In this document: in pieces, positions 17,976 through 27,565 of the stretch
How positions within the stretch are numbered: position 1 is the first letter of the stretch
Layout of the letters: every line of letters begins with the position of its first letter
Origin: Candidatus Blackburnbacteria bacterium RIFCSPHIGHO2_12_FULL_44_25
GTDB lineage: Bacteria; Patescibacteriota; Microgenomatia; UBA8517; UBA10165
Length of the DNA stretch: 47,612 bases
Assembly (NCBI GenBank): GCA_001816455.1
Contig: MHCB01000012.1
Location: forward strand, 1-47,612
Direction of reading: 5' to 3'
The notes under the pieces: generated by a model
Told to the model about the DNA's origin: nothing
Database searches by the model: none
The model's input: the letters and a program-made list of their open reading frames with translations, nothing else
Translations under genes and position numbers: made by a program

Positions 17976-18848
17976 ATGAAAACAGCAGCGATAATTCCCA
18001 ATTGGCAGGGTAGAGAACTCCTAAAAAAAAATCTTCCGGAAGTTCTTAAGGTTGGTTTCGACGAGGTGGTAGTGGTTGACGATGGATCAACTGATGGCAG
18101 TGTAGAATTTTTAAAATCTAAGTTCCCCACCGTCAATATTGTGCGACACAACAAAAACCAAGGCTTCGCAAAAACCGTGAATGATGGCGTGGAAAGTACG
18201 AATGCCGATATTGTTTTCCTCCTCAACTCCGACGTCATTCCAAAGAACAAAATCCTATCTCCAGTTCTTAGACATTTCAAAAAACCCGACATATTCGGTG
18301 TCTCTTTAAACGAAAAAAGGTATTCTTATGCGGTACCGAAAATCGAACACGGGTTCTTGGGGCACAGACCCGGCAAGGTAACAGACAAATCCCACAAAAC
18401 CTTCTGGATCAGTGGTGGAAGTGGTGCCTTCAGGCGATCTATGTGGAAAACACTCGGCGGCATGGACACAATGTTTAGTCCTTTTTATTGGGAAGATGTT
18501 GACCTCTCCTTTCGTGCCCAAAAAAGAGGGTGGAATCTTCTATGGGAACCAAAAGCCCAAGTCGAACATAAACACGAATCAACAATCAACAGCAACAACT
18601 TCTCGTTAAGATACTTAAACTATATAAAAGAAAGAAATCAACTTTTATTCCAATGGAAACACCTGGATACTTGGTTTTTGTTAACAAAACATCTACCCGG
18701 GCTACTATGGCGTCTTAAACATCCAGGGTACACAATTGTGATCTTTTTAGCTCTCCTAAAAACCCCCAAGATCATTGTACGGCGTATAAGAGAAAGAAAG
18801 GAGATAATTCTTGCCAATGAAGAAATCATCAACTCTTTCAAAATGTGA
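17976..18848 (+). CDS. GT2 glycosyltransferase
   Basis: IIPNWQG, VVDDGSTD, NQGFAKTVN, LLNSD, PFYWEDVDLS. Confidence 0.92.
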   Translation: MKTAAIIPNWQGRELLKKNLPEVLKVGFDEVVVVDDGSTDGSVEFLKSKFPTVNIVRHNKNQGFAKTVNDGVESTNADIVFLLNSDVIPKNKILSPVLRHFKKPDIFGVSLNEKRYSYAVPKIEHGFLGHRPGKVTDKSHKTFWISGGSGAFRRSMWKTLGGMDTMFSPFYWEDVDLSFRAQKRGWNLLWEPKAQVEHKHESTINSNNFSLRYLNYIKERNQLLFQWKHLDTWFLLTKHLPGLLWRLKHPGYTIVIFLALLKTPKIIVRRIRERKEIILANEEIINSFKM

Positions 18849-19659
18849 TATATCCATAGTTATTGTTAACTACAACACCGGAAATATCCTTACCAAGTGT
18901 TTAGATTCTATCTACAAAACAACAAATAACCTAAGCACTCCCAAAAGTGAAATCATAGCAATAGATAATGCCTCAACCGATAACTCTTTCACTTCTTTAA
19001 AAGAAAAAAGAAGCCTGAAATTTATACAAAACAGTCAAAACGTTGGCTTTGCTAAAGCCGTTAACCAAGGCATTAAAAAAGCAAAATCTAAGCATGTCTT
19101 ACTTCTCAATCCAGACACCGAAGTTAGACCCGAAGCGATAAACACGCTGTTAGAATTTGCTCAAACCAATCCAGATGCTGGTGTGATTGGGGCAAGACTA
19201 GTAAATCCTGATGGTTCTACCCAACCCTCCGTTTTCCATCTTCCTACTCTAATCGGTGCAATCAAAGAATACTGGTTTGGAGTTAAAAACTCCTTCTCCA
19301 AATATATCCCCCAAGGAAAAACTCCAACCCAAGTCGAGGCCCTCGTCATGGCCGCTTTTTTAATAACTCCAAAAGGCTTTAAAAGGGTTGGTCTTCTTAA
19401 TGAAAAGTTCTTCATGTACTTTGAAGACCTAGACTACTGCAAGCGGATAAGAAAAGCCGGCCTAAAGATCTACTATCTACCCAACGCGGAAATTATCCAC
19501 TATCATGGGGTTAGTGGTAAATCTCTTGCCGACCAAAAAGATCAATGGAGACGCTTGGTTCCTTCAAGTAAAATTTATCACGGCAAACTAAACCACTACT
19601 TGATCAATTCTGTTCTCTGGTCTGCGCAAAAATGGCAAAGACTCTTTTCAAAAACCTAA
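18817..19659 (+). CDS. GT2 glycosyltransferase (WbbL-like subgroup)
   Basis: SIVIVNYN, IDNASTD, NVGFAKAVN, LLNPD, FFMYFEDLDYC, HYHGVS. ATG 18817 preferred. Confidence 0.92.
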   Translation: MKKSSTLSKCDISIVIVNYNTGNILTKCLDSIYKTTNNLSTPKSEIIAIDNASTDNSFTSLKEKRSLKFIQNSQNVGFAKAVNQGIKKAKSKHVLLLNPDTEVRPEAINTLLEFAQTNPDAGVIGARLVNPDGSTQPSVFHLPTLIGAIKEYWFGVKNSFSKYIPQGKTPTQVEALVMAAFLITPKGFKRVGLLNEKFFMYFEDLDYCKRIRKAGLKIYYLPNAEIIHYHGVSGKSLADQKDQWRRLVPSSKIYHGKLNHYLINSVLWSAQKWQRLFSKT

Positions 19660-21377
19660 TCATACTCGTAATAACGTTAGCAGCCATACTTCGATTATGG
19701 AAACTAGACGTGGTTCCGGTTTCGCTTTTCGGAGACGAACTTGATGTTGGTTATCACGCCTACTCCGTTTTGAAAACCGGTAGAGATTATTCCGGTAATT
19801 TCCTCCCTTTGCATTTTCAGTCTCTGGCCGAATGGAGAACACCACTCTACCTTTACTCCGCAGTCCCAACTGTCGCGATGTTTGGAATCTCTCCGTGGGG
19901 CGTTCGTTTGCCAGCAGCAATGTTTGGAATACTCGGAGTGTGGTTGTTATATCTTCTTGTCAAATTAATGACAGGGAACGAGAAGCTGGCAACTTTGGCA
20001 AGTTTCCTGCTCACCATATCTCCCTGGCATATACAGTACTCTCGGGCAGGGTTTGAAGTAACCCAAATGCTTGCGCTTTATCTTGCTGGCTTATACTTTT
20101 TCTTCCGCGGATTAAAAACAGGAAAGTATCTGGTGTTTTCTGCTATTTGTCTGGCGTTCACACCTTGGGTTTACAGTACCGCAAAACTCTTCTTACCCTT
20201 AACCTTAGTAACACTATTTCTCATTTGGAGAAAGGACCTGTTCAAAGTATCGAAAAAATACCTATTGTGGGCTTGTGCTGCTTTTGCTGTGGTAGTCCTA
20301 CCCATCACCTACAGCACGATATTTGGAGGTGGGGCGGCAAGGTTTAATTACATTTCGGTTTTCTCGGATCCAACAATGGTTCCGGAAATAGGTTTCGCAA
20401 GGCTCAGGGACGCAAAAATGAGAACCCCGGAGGCCCAAATTGGCATACAGCCAACTGTTCTAGATCGCGCATTCCACAACAAAATTACCTGGCCATTTTC
20501 GTTTGTTTTTAGAAACTATCTTGAACCCTACTCTGCTAAATTTTTATTCATCGAAGGCGATCTGAATCCCCGCCACTCTCCCTCGGGCATGGGTCAAATG
20601 TACAAATTCGAATTTTTCTTTTTGCTTCTTGGGGTAGCATCTTTGATCTATTCTAAGTTAGATAAAAAAGTAAAGATCTTTCTCTGTGTTTGGACACTCT
20701 CTGCATCCCTTCCAGCCGCTCTAACCAGAGACGGGGGTCATCATGCCACAAGGCTGTTTTTCCTGTTACCCCCTCTTATTTTCTTAACCAGCCTGGGAAT
20801 TTATCAAGCTCACGAATGGTTAAACAAAAGATGGCAAAAACTATTTCTTGTTTCTCTTGGAGGGGTTATTCTGCTCTCTTTTGTATTTTACCAACACCTT
20901 TTTTGGGTACATTACCCGTGGGATTCAGAACGTTGGTGGCACGCAGGGTATGAAGATGCTATAAAAACAGCAGTGTCCGAGTCTGGAAAATACGACAGAG
21001 TTATAATTTCAATGGCTGGGGAACCAGCTTATATATTTTTCTTAGGCTGGTCTCAATTTGATCCAAAAGTTTTCCATCAAAACTATCAATATAGAGAAGA
21101 CGGCAAATGGTTACCGGTAGAAACGATTCCAAACTTTGGCCAAATCTCAAAGCTCGACAAGTATTACTTTGGCTCTCCCGGGGTAGATTTATATAGTCTG
21201 GCAAATGTGTTGCCTGACAGGACACTATATTTGGCAACAGCAAAGGAGGTAAATGTTAATCTTATACTCGAGCCAGAACGACTACCCGGGGATCTTAAAC
21301 TGGTGAAGTCATCACCGTTTCCATCAGGCGAACCGGCCTACTATTTGTTGACGAAAGTCGACAAACAAGGTCTTTGA
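19632..21377 (+). CDS. ArnT/PMT-like GT-C membrane glycosyltransferase
   Basis: SLFGDELDVGYHAYSVLKTGRDYSG, VRLPAA, ISPWHIQYSRAGFE. Confidence 0.88.
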   Translation: MAKTLFKNLIILVITLAAILRLWKLDVVPVSLFGDELDVGYHAYSVLKTGRDYSGNFLPLHFQSLAEWRTPLYLYSAVPTVAMFGISPWGVRLPAAMFGILGVWLLYLLVKLMTGNEKLATLASFLLTISPWHIQYSRAGFEVTQMLALYLAGLYFFFRGLKTGKYLVFSAICLAFTPWVYSTAKLFLPLTLVTLFLIWRKDLFKVSKKYLLWACAAFAVVVLPITYSTIFGGGAARFNYISVFSDPTMVPEIGFARLRDAKMRTPEAQIGIQPTVLDRAFHNKITWPFSFVFRNYLEPYSAKFLFIEGDLNPRHSPSGMGQMYKFEFFFLLLGVASLIYSKLDKKVKIFLCVWTLSASLPAALTRDGGHHATRLFFLLPPLIFLTSLGIYQAHEWLNKRWQKLFLVSLGGVILLSFVFYQHLFWVHYPWDSERWWHAGYEDAIKTAVSESGKYDRVIISMAGEPAYIFFLGWSQFDPKVFHQNYQYREDGKWLPVETIPNFGQISKLDKYYFGSPGVDLYSLANVLPDRTLYLATAKEVNVNLILEPERLPGDLKLVKSSPFPSGEPAYYLLTKVDKQGL

Positions 21378-21382
21378 ATGAG

Positions 21383-22648
21383 ATGAAGTCAATAAATAAA
21401 ATACTTTTATCATTTTTCGTTTTTCGTTTTGCCCTGTCTTTTATTACATGGCACCCTGATCTAAATAACCACGTCGATTGGGGAATAAGATTCTGGCAAT
21501 ACGGTCCAGGATTTTTCTATAAAGCCAATGTCTGGAGTTTTACCTGGCCCAACCAACCGCCAGGGACTATTTATATATTTGCCGGAATTAGAAAACTCTT
21601 TGAAGCAGTCTTTTCCTTCTTCTGGTTTTTAAATGTAAACATCCCTCCTTTTCCTTCAAACATAATGTTGTTCTTCGAAACAAATCTCTACCAAACACTG
21701 CTAAAACTTCCCTATATTTTGGCCGATTTAGGAATAGCCTACCTTGTGTACCTAATTTTAAAGGAATTAAAACTCGGTAAAGGCGCCGTTTGGGGGGCAG
21801 TATTCTTTCTTATTAATCCGGTTGTTTTTTACAATTCAGTAATATGGGGACAAACAGACAGTCTTGTAAATTTCCTTGCACTCCTTTCTTTTTGGTTTCT
21901 TTTCAAAAAAAGACTTACTCTCGCACTTATCGTTTTTGCTGCTTCGCTCTACATAAAACTTTCTTTAGTAATCTTCTTACCAATACTCCTAGTAGTAGCA
22001 TTTCGTCAAAAATACAGTCCCAAAAAATGGGCAATAGGAATTGCCTTAGTTCTGGTTATATTCACACTACTTACACTACCGTTCTCCACAAATAGAAATC
22101 CCTTTGTCTGGTTGTTCTATATGTACAAAGACAAAGTATTAACCCAACAGCTACAAGTAATAACCGCCAACGCTTTTAATATCTGGGCAGGTATCACGGG
22201 GATTCACGAAAGGCCACACACCGCAATGCTAGGGCCTCTACCTTACAAACTGTGGGGGAATCTCCTGTTCGCTCTCTCTTATCTCCCGGCCCTAATTCTA
22301 GTTTTTAAAAAGCAAGATATAAAATCTGTTGTTTGGTGCCTGAGCATAGTCGCTTTCTCTTCGTTTATGCTTCAAACAAACATGCACGAAAGATACCTAT
22401 ATCCACTGTTTCCGTACTTTACAATCCTAGCTGTTCTTTATCCCGTACTGTCACCTCTTTACTGGGCAGTATCGGGTATAAGCTTATTAAATCTTTACAA
22501 TTTCTGGTGGTTTCCGAGAATAGAAGTTTTGGTAAAAATAATGTCTGCCTACGACAGAATAATGCCACGTATTCTAGGGTTCGTAAGTTTCTTCATTTAC
22601 CTACTAGTTTACAAAAGGTTTTTTAAAACCAATTTCAAAGAAAAATGA
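21383..22648 (+). CDS. GT-C membrane glycosyltransferase, GT87/PIG-M/ALG6-like
   Basis: WHPDL, NQPPG, KLPYILADL, NPV..NSVIWGQTDS, MHERYLYP; almost entirely TM with no soluble C-terminal domain. Confidence 0.75.
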   Translation: MKSINKILLSFFVFRFALSFITWHPDLNNHVDWGIRFWQYGPGFFYKANVWSFTWPNQPPGTIYIFAGIRKLFEAVFSFFWFLNVNIPPFPSNIMLFFETNLYQTLLKLPYILADLGIAYLVYLILKELKLGKGAVWGAVFFLINPVVFYNSVIWGQTDSLVNFLALLSFWFLFKKRLTLALIVFAASLYIKLSLVIFLPILLVVAFRQKYSPKKWAIGIALVLVIFTLLTLPFSTNRNPFVWLFYMYKDKVLTQQLQVITANAFNIWAGITGIHERPHTAMLGPLPYKLWGNLLFALSYLPALILVFKKQDIKSVVWCLSIVAFSSFMLQTNMHERYLYPLFPYFTILAVLYPVLSPLYWAVSGISLLNLYNFWWFPRIEVLVKIMSAYDRIMPRILGFVSFFIYLLVYKRFFKTNFKEK

Positions 22649-24171
22649 GCAGGCTCGCTCTTTTGCTGCTTCTGGTGGTTTCCGTTCTTTTGTACGGCAC
22701 CTTCCTTAATAGAACCCCCATACATCTAAACCAGGACGAACTTGGCTTTTCATTAAACGCTTATTCCTTAGCCAAAACCGGATTCGATGAGAACGGACGA
22801 TTTATGCCTCTGTATTTTTGGCACCTCGGAGTAATGTGGGCAACCCCAATTATCGTCTACCTGACTGCACTAATCCTTAAATTTCTACCATTATCGGAAT
22901 CAATTATTCGCCTGCCAAGTGTCTTTATCGGAGTTGTCGGAATTTCATTAATGTGGTTTCTGGGAAAACTGGTTTTTAAAAGTTGGCAATGGGCTTTTTT
23001 AACATGCGTACTCCTCCTGACAACCCCCGTTTACTTTATGCATTCCCGAATTCTTTTAGATAACCTCTATCCTATCCCATTTATTCTGAGCTGGCTGATT
23101 TGTCTTAAAGTTTTCTTAAAGAAAAACAAAACCTGGTTTCTTCTACTGGGCGTTCTACTGTTGGGAATCGGAATTCACAGTTACCACGCCACAAAGATTA
23201 TGATGCCTCTCTATTTCTTGAGCACCTTATTTGTAGTGCGAAACAAATTAAAAAAGAAACCAGTCCTCATTTTCTACCTGGTCACTGCCTTCGTCCTACC
23301 CATTCTCCCTCTGGTTTGGTGGCTGCAAAAATATCCTGACACGCTTGTTGATCAGGTTAAATATACTGGAATTTACGACACAAAGCTCCACCCGGCACTC
23401 GGATTCTTAACCCTTATTTCTCCGAACAACCTACTGCACAGAATAGATGTATTTGTAAACTTCTTTAATCCTGTTTTTCTATTTCTCAAAGGAGACCAAA
23501 GCCTCATCCATTCAACCCGCATGTCTGGAGTGTTTCTCCTGCCTTTAGTAGTATTTCTGCCCATAGGACTTTTGCTAGCCTGGAAAGGCCAGTCGGTATT
23601 CAACAAACTTCTTATCTTCTGCTTTTTTACTTCTCCTTTGGCAGCAACAATCGCAGGAGACCACTTTAGGATTTCTCGTGCTCTTTTTATGCTTCCGTTT
23701 GCGGTCCTGCTCGCCACATTAGGAATACAAAAGCTAATGCTAAGGCAAAAGAATTTAACCTACCTCTTGCTTCTGTTAATCCCTTTTCAATTTGGTTTCT
23801 TTTGGTATGACTACATGAAAGGATATAGAATCCGTTCCTACCAATGGTTCAACTACAACATTCCGGGTGCGCTTGAAGCCGCAATAAACAATTCAGACGG
23901 CAGAGAAAAAATATACCTGGACCACAGGGTTGGGTTTGTAGAAAAATATTGGCAATTCTACCTACTCAAATACAATCGACCCGAACTTTTACAAAAAACA
24001 GTTTATGCCGACCTCCGCTCCATAGAACCAAACTCCATGCCCGTAAAAAGCCTACTAGTTTTTCATTTCGACAACGTTGATGGAAACAAACAAACCCTAG
24101 GCCCCTTTAAAAAAATCGAGAATATAATCGAACCAGACGGCACCTCCAGGTTCTTCATCTACTCCAATTAG
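22645..24171 (+). CDS. ArnT/PMT-like GT-C membrane glycosyltransferase
   Basis: HLNQDELGFSLNAYSLAKTGFDENG, IRLPS, HSR, FLFLKGD. Confidence 0.87.
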   Translation: MSRLALLLLLVVSVLLYGTFLNRTPIHLNQDELGFSLNAYSLAKTGFDENGRFMPLYFWHLGVMWATPIIVYLTALILKFLPLSESIIRLPSVFIGVVGISLMWFLGKLVFKSWQWAFLTCVLLLTTPVYFMHSRILLDNLYPIPFILSWLICLKVFLKKNKTWFLLLGVLLLGIGIHSYHATKIMMPLYFLSTLFVVRNKLKKKPVLIFYLVTAFVLPILPLVWWLQKYPDTLVDQVKYTGIYDTKLHPALGFLTLISPNNLLHRIDVFVNFFNPVFLFLKGDQSLIHSTRMSGVFLLPLVVFLPIGLLLAWKGQSVFNKLLIFCFFTSPLAATIAGDHFRISRALFMLPFAVLLATLGIQKLMLRQKNLTYLLLLLIPFQFGFFWYDYMKGYRIRSYQWFNYNIPGALEAAINNSDGREKIYLDHRVGFVEKYWQFYLLKYNRPELLQKTVYADLRSIEPNSMPVKSLLVFHFDNVDGNKQTLGPFKKIENIIEPDGTSRFFIYSN

Positions 24172-24188
24172 CCTTCCGGTATGCTTCT

Positions 24189-24197
24189 TGCTAAAAT
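24189..24197 (+). promoter_or_regulatory. Extended -10 (TGcTAAAAT) internal promoter, probably leaderless
   Basis: 6 nt upstream of ATG 24204, in one of the few intergenic gaps (32 bp). Confidence 0.55.
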
Positions 24198-24203
24198 CAA
24201 TAT

Positions 24204-25874
24204 ATGCCTAAACCGGCGATTATACTTCTGATAGTTTTAGCCTTTCTACTCCGCGCAGTTGCTCTCTCTTCTTACCCAACTGGCTTTACGCCCGACGAAG
24301 CATCCTTTGGCTACGATGCCTACTCTCTTTTAAAGACCGGCAGGGACCAATGGGGTGAAACTCTACCTTTAACCTTAAGATCATTTGGCGATTTTAAGCT
24401 CCCCCTCTACGCCTACCTTACGATCCCCTCGATTGCAATTTTTGGTCTAAATGAATTAGCAACTCGCCTCCCAAATGCCATTTTCGGAACATTGGCCGTA
24501 TTGGCAACATATCTCCTCTCGCAGGAGCTATTTAAAAACAAAAAACTATCTTTTTTAGCTGCTCTTTTGCTAGCCATTTCCCCATGGCATATCGCCCTCT
24601 CCAGAGGAGCTTTTGAAGCAAACCTTACAACCTTCTTTCTGCCTTTTGGCGTATGGGCATTTCTAAAAGGAAAAAATAATCCGTGGTGGCTTGTCGTCTC
24701 GGCTTTTTGTTTTGGGTTAAATCTCTTTACATACCACTCTGCAAGATTGATAACACCGCTTATTGTCTTGTTGTTAGTCTACGGAAAATATGGGCCCACA
24801 AGACAAACTATATGGAAACACAAATCAGCAGTGATTATTTTCAGTATATTTTTCGTTGTCGCAGCATACACAATGTTTTTCGGAGCAGGAGCAAGAGGAG
24901 CCGATATTGCAATTTTTAATCCTACAGACAAGTGGGCATCAGTCGCCGATAGGCGCTATGAGGCGGTTCTTGCGGGGTTACCAGACTTCTTTGCCCGGTT
25001 GTTTTCTAACAAACTGATGTATGTTGTAAAAACTTTCCTAGCCAACTATTCCTCCTATTTATCTCCCCAATTTCTTTTTACCCAAGGCGCAGGAGAGTGG
25101 ACATACGGCATGATACCCGGGCGCGGCGTTCTTTATCTTATTGAATCGCTATTCGTACTAATTAGTGCGCTATATGTAGCTCGTGGGAGAGCGACAAAGG
25201 GATTATTATTCATTTTTCTGTGGATTCTTCTAAGCCCTATTCCGGGAAGCCTAACCAAAGGCCCTGGCCATGCCGGCAACAGAATTGCCGTTATGATGCC
25301 GGCTCTCCAAATTTTCTCGGCATATGGTGCGATACTCCTGATGGAGCTCATTGGCGATTGGAAGAAGAAAACAAAAAAGTTTTTGTTACCCCTCGTTATT
25401 ACACTATCTTTGTTGTCACTAACCTTTTTCTTAGAAGACTACATATTCCATGCCCCGAAGCACGCCGCGTCAAGTATGCTTTATGGAAGACGAGAGGCAA
25501 TAAAGTTTGCAAGCAGCCAGGAGGATAGATATTCAACTATTTTAGTAAGCCGTTCGCTGTCCGAACCCCATATTTATGTTGCGTTTTATAAACAATGGAA
25601 CCCCAAGGATTATCAAACCGCTTCTGTGGACTGGCTGCGTTACGAGAAAGAAAAACTCTCCTTCCTAGACCAGCTAGGGACATATTCCCTGGGAAAATAC
25701 TTATTCCAAAACATTAGTTTTTCAGACGACAAAAACCAAAAACACACTCTACTTATCGGGAAACCTGGAGAACTCCCTAGAGACGCCAATATAATCAAAA
25801 AAATAGACCTCCCCGATAACTCCCCAGCGATCTATGTGGTTGACCCGTCTACAACCCAAACTTCAATAAAATGA
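24204..25874 (+). CDS. ArnT/PMT-like GT-C membrane glycosyltransferase
   Basis: GFTPDEASFGYDAYSLLKTGRDQWG, SFGDFKLPLY, ISPWHIALSRGAFE. Confidence 0.88.
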   Translation: MPKPAIILLIVLAFLLRAVALSSYPTGFTPDEASFGYDAYSLLKTGRDQWGETLPLTLRSFGDFKLPLYAYLTIPSIAIFGLNELATRLPNAIFGTLAVLATYLLSQELFKNKKLSFLAALLLAISPWHIALSRGAFEANLTTFFLPFGVWAFLKGKNNPWWLVVSAFCFGLNLFTYHSARLITPLIVLLLVYGKYGPTRQTIWKHKSAVIIFSIFFVVAAYTMFFGAGARGADIAIFNPTDKWASVADRRYEAVLAGLPDFFARLFSNKLMYVVKTFLANYSSYLSPQFLFTQGAGEWTYGMIPGRGVLYLIESLFVLISALYVARGRATKGLLFIFLWILLSPIPGSLTKGPGHAGNRIAVMMPALQIFSAYGAILLMELIGDWKKKTKKFLLPLVITLSLLSLTFFLEDYIFHAPKHAASSMLYGRREAIKFASSQEDRYSTILVSRSLSEPHIYVAFYKQWNPKDYQTASVDWLRYEKEKLSFLDQLGTYSLGKYLFQNISFSDDKNQKHTLLIGKPGELPRDANIIKKIDLPDNSPAIYVVDPSTTQTSIK

Positions 25875-27565
25875 AGATTCTTAACATAGTTAAACAGAAC
25901 AAATTAATATGCTTGGTTTTCTTAACCGCCGCCCTCCTGCGTTTCTACAGCCTCTCGCTTACTCCTCCTTCTTTGAACTGGGATGAGGTTTCCCTCGGGT
26001 TTAACGCCTACTCCATACTCAAAACAGGAAAAGACGAGTGGGGATTTTTTTTACCTAACATTTTTCGTGCTTACGGAGACTATAAACTCCCCGGATATAT
26101 ATATACGACCTCACTATCCGAAATACTGTTAGGAATAACACCCTTTGCCGTCCGGTTTCCGTCCGCCCTTGGAGGAATACTCACTGTCTTATTTACATAT
26201 CTTCTTGTTCAAAAACTTTTCAACAAAAACACTGCAACAATAGCTGCTCTTCTGGTTGCAGTCGAGCCCTGGACTATCTTTTTATCTCGAATTGCTCTTG
26301 AAGCAAACCTTGGTTTAACTTTTTTCATCTCGGGTCTTTACTTCTTCTTTAAATCACGAGAAAAACAACCTCTTTTCCCTCTGTCTATTTTCTTTTTTGG
26401 TTTATCTGTTTGGACATATAACTCCTATCGTATATTTACACCCTTAATGCTACTGACACTGCTTGTAATCTACGGAAAGGAAATTTTTGCACCATTAAAA
26501 AAACAAAGCACTAAACTTTCTCTACTGGCAGGCATAATAACTGCGGTTGTCTTTTTTACCCCAATGTTTTGGCAACTACTGCATCCAACAGGTCAAGCAA
26601 GGTACGAAAAAGTAGCAATTCTGGACTCAGGGGCAATTGGGACAATTGAACATTTAAGAAACAACTCAAACTTTCCCTCCCAGGTAACAAAGCTTTTTTA
26701 CAACCGACCAGCTTATTTTAGTTTTAACTTCATAAAAAATTGGGCCACCCATTTTTCTCCGAATTTTCTCTTTATTGAAGGGGGCTCGCAGTATCAATTT
26801 AGTATGCCCAAGCACGGTCTTGTATATGTAATTAATTCAATCTTTATACTAATAGGTTTGATTTATCTGGTGAAACAGAAATCAAAAAATAGTTTATTCT
26901 TATTCTCATGGCTAATTCTAGGGCCAATCGCTTCAAGTATCACCCGTGAGGCACCACACGTTTTACGCGCAATAACTCTTCTCCCGCTGCCCATGATCCT
27001 GGCCGCAGTCGGGTTAGAAGCAATTAAAAGCACTCTTAAACGAAAAAACAAGTCTCTCAAGTCTATTGCAATAATTTCATATTTGTTTTTACTGTCCGTA
27101 CTTACTGGAGTGTATTTTTATAAATACTTCACCGAGTATAAAAATGATTATTCCTGGTCTTGGCAATATGGATATAAAGAAACGGTTGACTATATAAAAC
27201 AAAACTACAATAACTACGACCAAATAATTGTCACAAAAAAATATGGAGAACCACATGAGTTTCTGTTATTCCACTGGCCTTGGGATCCGGAAAAATATAG
27301 AAGTGACTCCAATTTGGTCCGATTCAAGCAATCAGATTGGTATTGGGTCGATCGGTTTGACAAGTTTTATTTTGTAAACGATTGGGATATTCCCCACGAA
27401 ACAAACAAAATCTGGAAATTAGAAAGCGGAAGTGAAGTGCCAGTAAACCCCAAAAGAACCCTTTTGGTAACAAGTCCCGGTAATTACCCTCCGGACTGGA
27501 GTAAACTGAAGACCATAAATTTTCTGGATGGTAGTCCGGCCTTTGAGATATTGGAAAAAATATGA
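25871..27565 (+). CDS. ArnT/PMT-like GT-C membrane glycosyltransferase
   Basis: SLNWDEVSLGFNAYSILKTGKDEWG, AYGDYKLPGY, EPWTIFLSRIALE. Confidence 0.88.
   Translation: MKILNIVKQNKLICLVFLTAALLRFYSLSLTPPSLNWDEVSLGFNAYSILKTGKDEWGFFLPNIFRAYGDYKLPGYIYTTSLSEILLGITPFAVRFPSALGGILTVLFTYLLVQKLFNKNTATIAALLVAVEPWTIFLSRIALEANLGLTFFISGLYFFFKSREKQPLFPLSIFFFGLSVWTYNSYRIFTPLMLLTLLVIYGKEIFAPLKKQSTKLSLLAGIITAVVFFTPMFWQLLHPTGQARYEKVAILDSGAIGTIEHLRNNSNFPSQVTKLFYNRPAYFSFNFIKNWATHFSPNFLFIEGGSQYQFSMPKHGLVYVINSIFILIGLIYLVKQKSKNSLFLFSWLILGPIASSITREAPHVLRAITLLPLPMILAAVGLEAIKSTLKRKNKSLKSIAIISYLFLLSVLTGVYFYKYFTEYKNDYSWSWQYGYKETVDYIKQNYNNYDQIIVTKKYGEPHEFLLFHWPWDPEKYRSDSNLVRFKQSDWYWVDRFDKFYFVNDWDIPHETNKIWKLESGSEVPVNPKRTLLVTSPGNYPPDWSKLKTINFLDGSPAFEILEKI

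Noticed and set aside
8453..18030. Homopolymer A/T runs of 7-9 nt as phase-variation switches
   Set aside because: Such runs are common in this AT-rich, Lys/Phe-rich coding sequence and all host ORFs are intact, so there is no evidence without read data.
20920..27180. WWHAGY / WSWQYGY motifs as the STT3/PglB WWDYG motif
   Set aside because: They lie immediately after the last TM, before the first soluble helix, and lack the Asp. Position and sequence do not match the oligosaccharyltransferase motif.
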